This document shows, piece by piece, positions 9,630-19,342 of a stretch of DNA of 64,000 bases; position 1 is the stretch's first letter; every line of letters starts with the position of its first letter. The translations under genes and the position numbers were made by a program. The notes beneath the pieces were generated by a model. It did no database searches. It was not told where the DNA came from and saw only the letters and a program-made list of their open reading frames with translations. The stretch comes from a virus, in IMG/VR virus record IMGVR_UViG_3300047319_000410, positions 3,599 to 67,598 of that record; one strand, written 5' to 3'.

Positions 9630-10137
9630 ATTGATCTATTACTGCTTTCATCCAAGGTCCCATATGCTTGTAATGAGGAGAAGAAACTATATTACCAGAA
9701 ATAACATAGGGCTCATCTACATATAATGCTCCTGCATTATTTATATCATCCTTAATACTATAATATCCAGAAATTCTATGCCCCCGCACTAGTTTAGCAG
9801 AAATCATTAATTGAGCACCATGACAAGTACTACCTATAACTTTTCCAGTATCATAGTAATTTCTAATAAAAGTAAGTGCTGTTTTCTCTTGCCTAAGTTT
9901 TTCTAGTGCTTTAACCCCTCCAGGAAGAATTAATAAATCAAAGACATTAGTATCAGAACTTGATAAAGTTCCAACAGATAAATTTGCTTCAAACTTACTT
10001 CCTAAAATTCCAGTTATAGTACCTTCTCTTTCAGCAGCTATAGTAACTTTAAATTCTTCTTCTAATAGTCTATAATAAGGATAAATAACCTCTTGATCCT
10101 GAAACCCATTCCACGTTAATATTAATACATTTTTCAT
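9601..10137 (-). CDS. DJ-1/PfpI family protein
   Basis: FQDQE, LILPGG, STCHGAQ nucleophile elbow. Confidence 0.88.
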   Translation of the reverse strand: MKNVLILTWNGFQDQEVIYPYYRLLEEEFKVTIAAEREGTITGILGSKFEANLSVGTLSSSDTNVFDLLILPGGVKALEKLRQEKTALTFIRNYYDTGKVIGSTCHGAQLMISAKLVRGHRISGYYSIKDDINNAGALYVDEPYVISGNIVSSPHYKHMGPWMKAVIDQYGRFLKSRS

Positions 10138-11069
10138 AATTGTACTCTACTTAAAATTGTTTGCCAAAATATCTTATTATTATACTTTTCTTTGAAAGTC
10201 TTATATCCCCTTTGAGCTACTTGAGCACCAAAATGAGGAGATTCTATATGTGCTTCTATTAATTCTAGTAAATCTTTAGGGCTATTAAATTCAATATAGT
10301 CCCAAGCAGGCATAAATAGTTTTTCAGTAGCTTCGTTTTTCTTTTCTAACAGTAAATTACCGCTAGCTAATATTTCAAATACTCTACCCTTACATTGATC
10401 TTTACCTGTGGGAGACTCACAGAAATTAATTCCTATTCTTGATCTTCTGATATAGTTAGCATATTCTTTAGGACTTAATTTCTGCTCTCTTTGTCCACCG
10501 GTAACTAATAGATCTTTAAAATGTTCCTGCACATAATTAAGATATTTACTTCTATCGCTGTATCCATTAAGACTGCCAATAAAACTAGCTACATTAACCT
10601 TTTCTTCTGGTTTATTATAGAACATTGTTTCATCTTGGGGAGTCCATAATTTTAATTGTTTTTCAGGATACTCATGATTTATTACATCATAGTCCCAAGA
10701 TATATGAAGACTAGCAATATCTCCTAAAGAATTAATTTTATTTATTGACCATCCATAGTTTATATCAGGCCATACTATTGCAATTGGAACAGAGGCACTA
10801 ATCTTCTTTAAAAGCTCATCACTTGGATTACTTGGATGAGTACCAAGATAGGATAATACTACTAACTCAGGCTTCCATCCATTTAAACATGCAATAACAG
10901 CACTATTAAATATATTCTTCTCCATTACATCATAATGGATAACTTTATACTCTCCTAACCCTGACTGTTTAAAAGTGGCAAATAAATTATTATAGTGATT
11001 AGATAAACCTAAAGAAGGATTAGCGTCTGGGTGGCATTCAGTTAAAAACAATACACGTCTAGAATTCAT
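10134..11069 (-). CDS. GT-B fold glycosyltransferase (CgeB-like)
   Basis: SFIGS, SRIGINF, KGRVFEILASG, IAQRG-type C-terminus. Confidence 0.75.
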   Translation of the reverse strand: MNSRRVLFLTECHPDANPSLGLSNHYNNLFATFKQSGLGEYKVIHYDVMEKNIFNSAVIACLNGWKPELVVLSYLGTHPSNPSDELLKKISASVPIAIVWPDINYGWSINKINSLGDIASLHISWDYDVINHEYPEKQLKLWTPQDETMFYNKPEEKVNVASFIGSLNGYSDRSKYLNYVQEHFKDLLVTGGQREQKLSPKEYANYIRRSRIGINFCESPTGKDQCKGRVFEILASGNLLLEKKNEATEKLFMPAWDYIEFNSPKDLLELIEAHIESPHFGAQVAQRGYKTFKEKYNNKIFWQTILSRVQL

Positions 11070-12855
11070 TTATAGCTTTTTTCTTAAATTTTTGTGCTCT
11101 GCGTCCAAACCAAATAGTCTCATATCCCCATTGAATCTTATCACCACTTTCAGGAGGAAAGGAGATATGATCTAATTGATAATCCACTATTCCTTTATTA
11201 AAGCAATTAAGATAATTCAGGAATTTAATTATCTCTTGTTTGAGTATGGTTCTATCTTGTACTAGCCTTAACCAACTGGCTTCTTCCATCGGCCAGCTAA
11301 TATCCCCTATTTTAGGGTCATAATGATCCCAGCCACCACCAGCATAACCCTTAGTGGCATGTAGAACTGCTTTATCATACTCATCTTTAAATAAAGAGGG
11401 CTGAGTTTTACAATACTCTAACAAACGATCATAAAAGTCATCTATATTTAAAGCGTTTTTAAAATAGTGTGCTAATAGTTCCATTATACCAAAAGCATGA
11501 AATACTAACATCATCCAATTATAAGTATAAACCTCTATCATGTCATCTTCTGATAAAGAAGAGGTAGATCTTACCATTCTTTCATATTCAGGTATAATGT
11601 CTTTTCTATTACTAGAATGTTGTAAGAACACTGGAGACTTAAAGGTCTTAATTCCATAAGTTCTTTTATATTCCTCATCATTCATGGGTGCATTATTAAA
11701 TACACTACAGTTCCAAGTAAGGACTGATGGTAATGGATAAATTGCAGCTAGAATCTCCCAATTCCTTTTATAGGTTGCTACTGTTTCTCCAGGTAAACCC
11801 ATAATTAACTCAGTATAAGACTGTAATCCTTCGCTATCAAACTTAGTAACTAAGTCCTTAAAACTACTGAACTTAATATTGGCCCTCTTGATAACTTTAA
11901 GTGTATTAGGATCAAAGGTTTGTACCGATAATGATATTGCTCTTAATAATTCAGCGTCAGCTAATTTCTTAGCCATTGGAATTATCTTTTCAGATGAAGT
12001 CTTAACCCAGGTCAGCCCTAATTTACTAGGAAATCCAGTAGCCTTTTTTACTTCATTTAACTTGCAAGCTAGTTTATAATCTCTTTCAGGAAAGATACCA
12101 AAGTTACCATCACATACGTCTACATAGATAATTTCATTCTTACCAAACCATTCAATCTCTTTATATAATCGTTCTTCACTAAAGTTTCTTATTTTAGTTT
12201 TAGTAGCAGAGCCCCAATCACAAAAAGTACATTGAAATGGACAGCCTCTATTAGTTTCCCAAGAGGCTATAAACTTATAATTAGTATTTTTATCTACATA
12301 GTTCCACATTTCATCACTATAAGTAGAAGGAATTTCATCAAGATTAGTCATTCTATCTTGTGGAATAAATTTTTTACTTTTAACCTCACATCCGGGCACA
12401 TCTACAGGATGCCCACATATTATATAATCAATATATCCCATTAATAAATTATGAAGAACTACTTCCCCCTCTCCATGTACTATAATATCAACATAGAAAT
12501 GTTCTTCAAAAAAGTTAATATGAACATCTGGGACTTCCGGTCCTCCAAATATTATTATACATTGAGGATTTATCTTTTTAACTTCCTTAGCTAATAAACA
12601 GGTAATCTCCCAATTCCAACAATAACAGGAACATAATAGTATATCTGCATCTCTGCACTTCTCTATATCAGAATAAACATTATCCCTAATAAAGAATATC
12701 TTCTGAAAGTCAAAGTTATCCTGTATCTCCTTATGTTTATTGGAATACATTATATTTGTAAGTATACTATAAGGAAGGTGAATCTGATTATCACCAAAAA
12801 AACAACTATACTGACTACTAAAGACTTTAAATTTACTTTTCATGAAGATAATCAC
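11059..12855 (-). CDS. cobalamin-binding radical SAM enzyme
   Basis: SCYCWN/GGPEV/GEGE B12-binding domain followed by ETNRGCPFQCTFCDW. Confidence 0.9.
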   Translation of the reverse strand: MIIFMKSKFKVFSSQYSCFFGDNQIHLPYSILTNIMYSNKHKEIQDNFDFQKIFFIRDNVYSDIEKCRDADILLCSCYCWNWEITCLLAKEVKKINPQCIIIFGGPEVPDVHINFFEEHFYVDIIVHGEGEVVLHNLLMGYIDYIICGHPVDVPGCEVKSKKFIPQDRMTNLDEIPSTYSDEMWNYVDKNTNYKFIASWETNRGCPFQCTFCDWGSATKTKIRNFSEERLYKEIEWFGKNEIIYVDVCDGNFGIFPERDYKLACKLNEVKKATGFPSKLGLTWVKTSSEKIIPMAKKLADAELLRAISLSVQTFDPNTLKVIKRANIKFSSFKDLVTKFDSEGLQSYTELIMGLPGETVATYKRNWEILAAIYPLPSVLTWNCSVFNNAPMNDEEYKRTYGIKTFKSPVFLQHSSNRKDIIPEYERMVRSTSSLSEDDMIEVYTYNWMMLVFHAFGIMELLAHYFKNALNIDDFYDRLLEYCKTQPSLFKDEYDKAVLHATKGYAGGGWDHYDPKIGDISWPMEEASWLRLVQDRTILKQEIIKFLNYLNCFNKGIVDYQLDHISFPPESGDKIQWGYETIWFGRRAQKFKKKAINEF

Positions 12856-13375
12856 TGACTTCTACTAAGATAGTTGATTTACCTTTTTTGGCTTGCTCTA
12901 ATGCATTTTTATAAGAATATTGTATATCTACTAAACTGCCCAATCTTTGAACCCAAATATGATCTAACATTTGTTTCATAGGAGAAGTAAAATCTCCTGT
13001 GTGCTGTGGGCCTGGGTGCAAAGGTCTTTCGGATCCTATCCCAGTTCTTATTATAACTCCAGGTTTATATCCTCCATCAGACATAACTCCTATTTTATCT
13101 AAGTGATTAACCAACTGATTAATCCCTAACAATAAAAAGTTCCACCTAGGGAATATACTTATAGGAATAAAGCCTTCTAGGGCTAATCCAATGCTCATTC
13201 CCATCTGCATCTCTTCGGCTACAGGTAATTCGAGCCTCTTTTCCATCGGAACATCAGCTAGTGTACCATACATGCCAGTACCAGGATAACTTACCGCCTG
13301 TCCTATAAAAATAGTATCAGGATGCTTTCCTAACATTGTCATAGAAGCCTTTAGATCATCAAAATACTTACCCAC
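12833..13375 (-). CDS. short ThDP-dependent enzyme beta subunit (pyrimidine-binding domain only)
   Basis: ELPVAEEMQMGMSIGLALEG, HPGPQHT; ~180 aa with no C-terminal domain; GTG start overlapping the upstream TAG. Confidence 0.8.
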   Translation of the reverse strand: MGKYFDDLKASMTMLGKHPDTIFIGQAVSYPGTGMYGTLADVPMEKRLELPVAEEMQMGMSIGLALEGFIPISIFPRWNFLLLGINQLVNHLDKIGVMSDGGYKPGVIIRTGIGSERPLHPGPQHTGDFTSPMKQMLDHIWVQRLGSLVDIQYSYKNALEQAKKGKSTILVEVSDYLHEK

Positions 13376-13989
13376 TAAAATTGTATCCTTTCTCCACTTA
13401 AAGGACCAGCATGAGGACAAGGTAAATCATAGCTATATCCATCTACATATTTAATAGGTAAACTTACTACCAAATCTTCTGTGTTATTATTAACCCAAGT
13501 ATTTCTAGTAGGGGTACAAACTGATTTACCATTATCTTCTATTATAAACTTTATGGGTAGATCGTGACCTATAACATACTTTATGGACTCCCAAAATATC
13601 CCTGTCTCTGCTGTCATATCACCAATAAAAACATAAACTTTAGAATCTCTATTCTTTAGTTTAATAGCTTTTGCTATTCCAACCCCTATAGGAATATTAC
13701 CACCAACAATAGCAGAGGATAAAATCTTATACTCGGGAAAACAAAGATTAATTGATCTTCCATTTAATATTGCTTGTTTAAGTTCCTCTTTTGGAACTCC
13801 CTTTAATAAACATTTATAATGGGATCTCCAGGTAGTAAGTACCCAATCTTGTTTTCTAATATCTTTAAATATCTCTATTAGTTGATCTTCATTATTTCTC
13901 TCTAAATGGATAGGAGCTTTAATCTGTTTATTAATAAAACAGTTAGAGATATCTTCCTCAAACTCTTGTAATTCAATTTTAGATAGCAT
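13375..13989 (-). CDS. short ThDP-dependent enzyme alpha subunit
   Basis: APIHL, WRSHY, SSAIVGG, GDMTAETG...IEDNG. Confidence 0.82.
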   Translation of the reverse strand: MLSKIELQEFEEDISNCFINKQIKAPIHLERNNEDQLIEIFKDIRKQDWVLTTWRSHYKCLLKGVPKEELKQAILNGRSINLCFPEYKILSSAIVGGNIPIGVGIAKAIKLKNRDSKVYVFIGDMTAETGIFWESIKYVIGHDLPIKFIIEDNGKSVCTPTRNTWVNNNTEDLVVSLPIKYVDGYSYDLPCPHAGPLSGERIQF

Positions 13990-15406
13990 ACTTTCTCTTA
14001 AGATCAATCTTCATCATATTATTAATATCGTCAATTACATACTGACCAAACTTATCTTTCATGTAAGACAGATAAGAAGGATTAGAAAAATACTGCTTAA
14101 AAGCGCGATCCCTAAAAGTAAGCACTTCACCACCTGTAATATACTTAGTGTCAAGTGGCCTAGTCTCATAGGCATGTTGAGAATATCCCAACCATGTTTC
14201 AGGTAACTTCCAACCTTCTTTAATAGCGATTTCATATAATTTACTTCCGGGGTAAGCCATTGCACAGTAAAAATTAGCATACTCTGTTTTTAACTCTAAA
14301 GCTAAGTCCAGAGTACGCTGCATGGTTTCTTGATTATCCTCAGGTAATCCAAAGATATAATTAGCTCCAACACAAATGTCAAATTCTCTAATCTTCTTTA
14401 CTATATTAAGAATATTAACATCTTCATATTTACCTTTAACTACATCCTTACGAACCTCTTTAACTCCAGATTCAATGCCTAAAGCAAGCCAATTAACTCC
14501 TGCTTTCTTTAATATCTCTAAGTGTCTCTCTTTGACCGTATCAATACGAGAATAGCACCAAATATTAAAGTCATGTTTTCTTTCAGCTATTAACTTACAA
14601 AGCTCTAGGAAATGGTCTTCTACTAAGACAAACATTTCATCTGCAATCTTTACATTCTTAATACCCATTTCTGCTATTCTATCAAACTCTTTAATTGTAT
14701 GCTTAGGATCCCAATATCTAATCATTTTCTTAGAGAATGGAGAGTTAATCATACAAAAGGTACAAGAAAATGGGCATCCAAGACTAGTATAAACTGATGC
14801 AAATGGAGTTCTAATTCCTTTGTTAGTCCATCCATGCCAATTAGATGTTCGATATTTATCCATTGGTAATAAATCCCAAGCCATGCCAGGAAGTTTAGTT
14901 CCTAGTTCTTCTTGGGGAATTATAGATTCTGTATAAATATGATCAATTGGTCCTTTATTATTAAGGAAATCTAATATAGAGTCTAGTCCTTCTCCTTTAA
15001 CTACATAATCTGAACATATAGTATCCAAAGAATTTTGGGGTAGTGCAGAAATATGCCCACCAATCAACATAACTTTATATCTTGTACTGTAATAAGCCTC
15101 TAATACATCTAATAATTTCTTTGCCCCTACCATATTTTGAGTAGATGCAGATGGTTGTTGACCATAAATTACTAGCACTACCAATCTAGGATTAAGTGCT
15201 CGTATTTGAAATACTGTGTCTTCACTTTGATAATTATTAGCTTCACAATCTAATATACCAACACTATAACCTTTAGCTCTTACTCCATTAGCTAGAAGGG
15301 AAGCCCAGATTGGCGGTTCCTTAGCACTATATTCAGTACTTAATCCTTGATATATTTTACTTGCGGCATTTGGGTGTACAAATAAAACGTCTAAATTACT
15401 TTGCAT
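13979..15406 (-). CDS. cobalamin-binding radical SAM enzyme
   Basis: EPPIW, GGHISALP, KGEG, SLGCPFSCTFC, GIESG, IFGLPED. Confidence 0.9.
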   Translation of the reverse strand: MQSNLDVLFVHPNAASKIYQGLSTEYSAKEPPIWASLLANGVRAKGYSVGILDCEANNYQSEDTVFQIRALNPRLVVLVIYGQQPSASTQNMVGAKKLLDVLEAYYSTRYKVMLIGGHISALPQNSLDTICSDYVVKGEGLDSILDFLNNKGPIDHIYTESIIPQEELGTKLPGMAWDLLPMDKYRTSNWHGWTNKGIRTPFASVYTSLGCPFSCTFCMINSPFSKKMIRYWDPKHTIKEFDRIAEMGIKNVKIADEMFVLVEDHFLELCKLIAERKHDFNIWCYSRIDTVKERHLEILKKAGVNWLALGIESGVKEVRKDVVKGKYEDVNILNIVKKIREFDICVGANYIFGLPEDNQETMQRTLDLALELKTEYANFYCAMAYPGSKLYEIAIKEGWKLPETWLGYSQHAYETRPLDTKYITGGEVLTFRDRAFKQYFSNPSYLSYMKDKFGQYVIDDINNMMKIDLKRKYAI

Positions 15407-15602
15407 CTTTAATTTCTTTATATAACTTCTTAAACTCTTTTAAATCTACTTCTAATTCTTTAATAACTTCTTTAAGTCCTTGCTTATCTAAAGTTTCACT
15501 ATCACTACAACACCCGCAGCCAGGGGTTGAGGCTCTAATTTCTCCACCATCATCTATATAAATAGAATCATATCTTGCATTAAATAATCTTACGTATGTC
15601 AT
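15396..15602 (-). CDS. small hypothetical protein (GCGCC)
   Basis: 68 aa ORF overlapping both neighbours. Confidence 0.6.
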   Translation of the reverse strand: MTYVRLFNARYDSIYIDDGGEIRASTPGCGCCSDSETLDKQGLKEVIKELEVDLKEFKKLYKEIKDAK

Positions 15603-15919
15603 TTTTTAATTAAACTTTCAATACTATTAAGAAATACTTTTGTAGCATCTTCTCTACCAAAATACATATACTCTGTAGTAGAATCATGTTCTTTATCAAT
15701 ATTTACACACAGTACAGATGGATAATCAAAATTACATTTCTCGCACCATATAAACAAATTATATTCTGACCATTGTAATGTTTCATCCCAATCAACCTTA
15801 CATTTTGGACATCTATATCCCAGTTCACAAGGAAAATCAAAAGGAACTACATTAGTTGGCCTTTTGCCTACTAATTTTTCAGCCCTTTCATTTTTACTTA
15901 TTATTGACTGCGTTTCCAT
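15599..15919 (-). CDS. hypothetical zinc-ribbon protein
   Basis: CPKC...CEKC; coupled to both neighbours. Confidence 0.65.
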   Translation of the reverse strand: METQSIISKNERAEKLVGKRPTNVVPFDFPCELGYRCPKCKVDWDETLQWSEYNLFIWCEKCNFDYPSVLCVNIDKEHDSTTEYMYFGREDATKVFLNSIESLIKK

Positions 15920-16923
15920 TATAAATTAGTGTAAGGTTGATTAGTTGGAAGTAAAATACTATATGCCTTGATAAGCTCTTTAATTCCGTCTCTAAGGCTG
16001 TACTTAGGCTTAAATCCTAGAGCCTCGATCTTAGCATTGGAGACGAGGTAGTCCCTCTTATCAGGATCAGACCTTATCTCAGAAGATGCTATGCAAAAAT
16101 CAGGGATATATTCTTTAATTCTTTCTGCTAGTTCTAACTTGGTTATATTAGTATCTGAAAGACCTACATTATATGCTTGACCCCTCATTCTATCAAAGTT
16201 ATTAATTGCAAAGATAAAGGCTAAGGCTACGTCATGAATATGGATAAAATTACGTTTAAATTCCTTCTCAAATAATACAATATACCCATCTTTTACTGCT
16301 TTGTAAGTAAAATCATTAACTAATAAGTCTAATCGCATTCTAGGAGAAGCTCCAAAGACAGTTGCTAGTCTTAATACTACTGCTCTACCATCTTCTAATA
16401 ACATTCTCTCTGCGTCACACTTAGTTTTACCATAAACACTAATTGGTTTTAATGGAGTTTCCTCTGTACAGAACTTACCTGATCCTTCTCCTAATCCATA
16501 GCCACTATTAGTATTAGGGAATATAATCTTTGCTTCTGGCCTAGCATACATTAAGATATTAGCAATTTGATTCCAATTAACGTCCCAAGCTAGTTTTTGA
16601 TCTTTATCACAGGCTGGGAATCCTACTATCGCTGCTAAAGGTATAATTACGTCTGCTTCTTTTACATATTTTGCTAATTTAACTTCGTCTCTAACGTCTC
16701 CATGTACAAACTCTATATCTCCCTTGTAGCAATAATCAGTAAGATTAACTTGTTTATACATTAGCGAGTCGTAGCACACGATTTTATCATAATAGAACCT
16801 ATATTCTGGGTGATTCTCTTTAAAGTCAAAGTCTAAAAATCCTGATATAGTCTTAGCAGTTATTAGTTTTTGAACTAATACAGAACCAAGATAACCATTA
16901 CTGCCCGTTATAAGAATATTCAT
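15919..16923 (-). CDS. NAD-dependent NDP-sugar epimerase/dehydratase (extended SDR)
   Basis: ILITGSNGYLGS, LAAIVGFPAC, YGKTK, LRLATVFG. Confidence 0.9.
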   Translation of the reverse strand: MNILITGSNGYLGSVLVQKLITAKTISGFLDFDFKENHPEYRFYYDKIVCYDSLMYKQVNLTDYCYKGDIEFVHGDVRDEVKLAKYVKEADVIIPLAAIVGFPACDKDQKLAWDVNWNQIANILMYARPEAKIIFPNTNSGYGLGEGSGKFCTEETPLKPISVYGKTKCDAERMLLEDGRAVVLRLATVFGASPRMRLDLLVNDFTYKAVKDGYIVLFEKEFKRNFIHIHDVALAFIFAINNFDRMRGQAYNVGLSDTNITKLELAERIKEYIPDFCIASSEIRSDPDKRDYLVSNAKIEALGFKPKYSLRDGIKELIKAYSILLPTNQPYTNL

Positions 16924-17432
16924 TACCAACTAATCTCCCAATCTTTAAAATCTGCTGCGAGACAATCAATTTTATAATCTTTTCTTCCGCCCTCTAAATA
17001 TTCTTGAATCTTATTTTTAGCAGTATTTCTTATACCATTAAGGCCATGAGTTAATTCAAGATTATTACCATCTTTAATTCCTTTACGATAATTTGTTTCA
17101 TTATGCCATATATGAAGATTCATTTGTGATAATACCATTATTGCTCTTATGAAATTTGCATCAATATCTTCATAGGGAATACCTCCTATAGCAATATCAA
17201 TATCGTGTAAGATATCTTTAATCTCTTTAGCATACTCTTCTTTATGTTCTTTAATAAAAACTTCTTTAAGTTGAGCAATGCTAAGACGATCAATAAGTTC
17301 TGCTAAAGTAGGAAGATATTTTCTTTCCCTATTTTTAAATGATTCCTCTACGTCAATATAAGTGACTGGAGGTTCCAATGGGACTTCTTTGCCTAATATT
17401 CTAACACATCCATTTTTTGGATCATAAACCAT
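16923..17432 (-). CDS. helical protein, DUF4254-like
   Basis: TLAELIDRLSIAQLK motif, recognised by eye. Confidence 0.5.
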   Translation of the reverse strand: MVYDPKNGCVRILGKEVPLEPPVTYIDVEESFKNRERKYLPTLAELIDRLSIAQLKEVFIKEHKEEYAKEIKDILHDIDIAIGGIPYEDIDANFIRAIMVLSQMNLHIWHNETNYRKGIKDGNNLELTHGLNGIRNTAKNKIQEYLEGGRKDYKIDCLAADFKDWEISW

Positions 17433-18031
17433 TATTTACCTCTTCCATTTGTTCCTTCCAATTTTGGACGAACTAAAATTAGTATCTTTTCTAGCCAATC
17501 TACTTTATATCCTTCTTTAACGCACTCCATAACATGAATATAATCACTATAGTCAGGATATAATTGTATCATCTTAGTATTAAATGGTAACTTAGTAAAT
17601 ATCTCAGTTCTATAAGTTGGACAAGCAACATTACCACCAACTAAGCCCTTAGATTTATCTTTACAAAGAATCATACCATTATTAAACTGTAGTCCTGGAA
17701 TCCATATGTCAATATTTGGTTTTTCTTTTAATGCAGATCTTAATATATTACCCGCCCCTACTGCAAACTCATCATCATCATCTAAAACAGTTACAAACTC
17801 TGTCTCTGCTGTTAAAGCTCCAAGATTAAGAGACATATATCCATAATTATGATACCTTCTGCCTGTGGATAATACTTTTAAAGTACTGTGCATAGCGTCT
17901 GGCTCTGGAACTGAGGGCCAAACCCCATCACCAACTACTAATATCTTCTTTAATCCTTCTCTTTTAGCAGACTCAACTGCATTAATTACTGTTGGTCTAT
18001 TGATTGATCGTATTATGACTGTCGTTTCCAC
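17432..18031 (-). CDS. GT-A fold glycosyltransferase-like protein
   Basis: TVIIRSINR, VVGDG, LNLG...FVTVLDDDD. Confidence 0.72.
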   Translation of the reverse strand: METTVIIRSINRPTVINAVESAKREGLKKILVVGDGVWPSVPEPDAMHSTLKVLSTGRRYHNYGYMSLNLGALTAETEFVTVLDDDDEFAVGAGNILRSALKEKPNIDIWIPGLQFNNGMILCKDKSKGLVGGNVACPTYRTEIFTKLPFNTKMIQLYPDYSDYIHVMECVKEGYKVDWLEKILILVRPKLEGTNGRGK

Positions 18032-19250
18032 CTTTTATTATTCCTTTATATTTAAGTAGTTCTCTATAAAGAGTCAAACGATTATGTACAACTTTATTTA
18101 AGTCAAAGTACTCATCTGTTATCTTTTTAAGATTTTGACCTAATTCCTCTCTATGTTTCTTATCTTTAATTAACTTAGTTAGAACTCGTACCCACTCAGT
18201 CCTGGGGGATTTTGGATCTATAAGATAGCCTGTTTTCCCGTTCTTTATAGTCTCCTCATAGCATCCGACGTTAGAAGCTACCAAAGGAACTCCATATCGT
18301 CCACACTCAGCTACCTTTATTTCTGACTTGCTATCATTAAATTCATTCATATTAAGAGGAGCAATAGCAACATCCATATTAGCATACATAATTCCATACT
18401 TATCAGCAGGCAGAGCACCATAAATATCCCAATTACGAGAACCTCTAAATCCAGCTAATAATGCTTTTCGATAATCTTCCCATACATCTTGTTGCCAATC
18501 TTCTTTTCCTGGCTCTACAGGAGGTTTACCATAAAATCCCCAATGTACGTTTTCTTTTCCTACTCTTTGGTTAACCATTTGAGGAACCCCTAAGAATTCT
18601 TTTACGTCATGGCTATGGTGAATTCCTCCGGCCCATCCAACTCTAGTTAATCCTTTTTTAGGTGTTTTAAACTTAGGAGCGTTCCAGCATTCTAAATTAT
18701 AATCAATAGCATTCTTAATTACTGCTAGTATTCCGTGGCAATAATCTTTAACCCTATGAGCAAACTTAACTTGAGTTACAGAAACTAAATCAGAGTGTGT
18801 ATAAATAAACTTAGTTATTTCCTCTAATCCCTTTTCCTTATAAACACTATAAAGTCTATGCTCTGGAAATAGATTGATTAACAGGTCATCGGTATCAAAA
18901 TGAAATAACTTATTCTTCTCTTTAACTTTACCTAATACTCTTGCTGTATAGTTACCACCAAAGTTACATATATTATTAGTTATTACTATATCTGCCCATT
19001 CAATATCTGCTAGATTATCCTCATCAAATTTACCTGATGATAAATCTAAATTAAGAGGATTGTCGTTTCTTTTAACCTCTATAACATTAGAGTATAATTC
19101 AATTAATTTAGCTACAGGATTAAGAACCCTATAAAAACTACATCCGCCTTCATTTGGTGGAAACATCAATAATCTTAATTTTCTTCCTAGTCCTGGAAAT
19201 TCGATCTGCTCTTTCCAGAACTCTGCTGTTGTTTCTATAGAATTGGTCAT
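17997..19250 (-). CDS. GT-B fold (family 4-like) glycosyltransferase
   Basis: GCSFYRV, DTDD, VGWAGG..H..D, FNDSKSEIKVAE, PLVASNV, NGKTGYL. Confidence 0.88.
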   Translation of the reverse strand: MTNSIETTAEFWKEQIEFPGLGRKLRLLMFPPNEGGCSFYRVLNPVAKLIELYSNVIEVKRNDNPLNLDLSSGKFDEDNLADIEWADIVITNNICNFGGNYTARVLGKVKEKNKLFHFDTDDLLINLFPEHRLYSVYKEKGLEEITKFIYTHSDLVSVTQVKFAHRVKDYCHGILAVIKNAIDYNLECWNAPKFKTPKKGLTRVGWAGGIHHSHDVKEFLGVPQMVNQRVGKENVHWGFYGKPPVEPGKEDWQQDVWEDYRKALLAGFRGSRNWDIYGALPADKYGIMYANMDVAIAPLNMNEFNDSKSEIKVAECGRYGVPLVASNVGCYEETIKNGKTGYLIDPKSPRTEWVRVLTKLIKDKKHREELGQNLKKITDEYFDLNKVVHNRLTLYRELLKYKGIIKGGNDSHNTINQ

Positions 19251-19255
19251 GTAAT

Positions 19256-19261
19256 ATTATA
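19256..19261 (-). promoter_or_regulatory. putative -10 box of the glycan operon (leaderless)
   Basis: TATAAT-attac-ATG, just downstream of a terminator, with no SD. Confidence 0.55.
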
Positions 19262-19270
19262 CATGACTAT

Positions 19271-19307
19271 AAAATAGAAAAATCCTAGTTTTTATGGAAA
19301 ACTAGGA
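19271..19307 (-). terminator. rho-independent terminator
   Basis: Stem TCCTAGTTTT/AAAACTAGGA (19283-19307) followed by a T-rich tract on the minus strand. Confidence 0.75.
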
Positions 19308-19342
19308 AACCTTTTTAAAGAACGACGATCTACCGAATCGTA

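Noticed and set aside
631-19250. Bacterial O-antigen locus or host contamination
   Set aside because: No flippase, polymerase or chain-length genes; same strand and packing as the phage genes; small phage-type ORFs inside; flanked by phage genes on both sides
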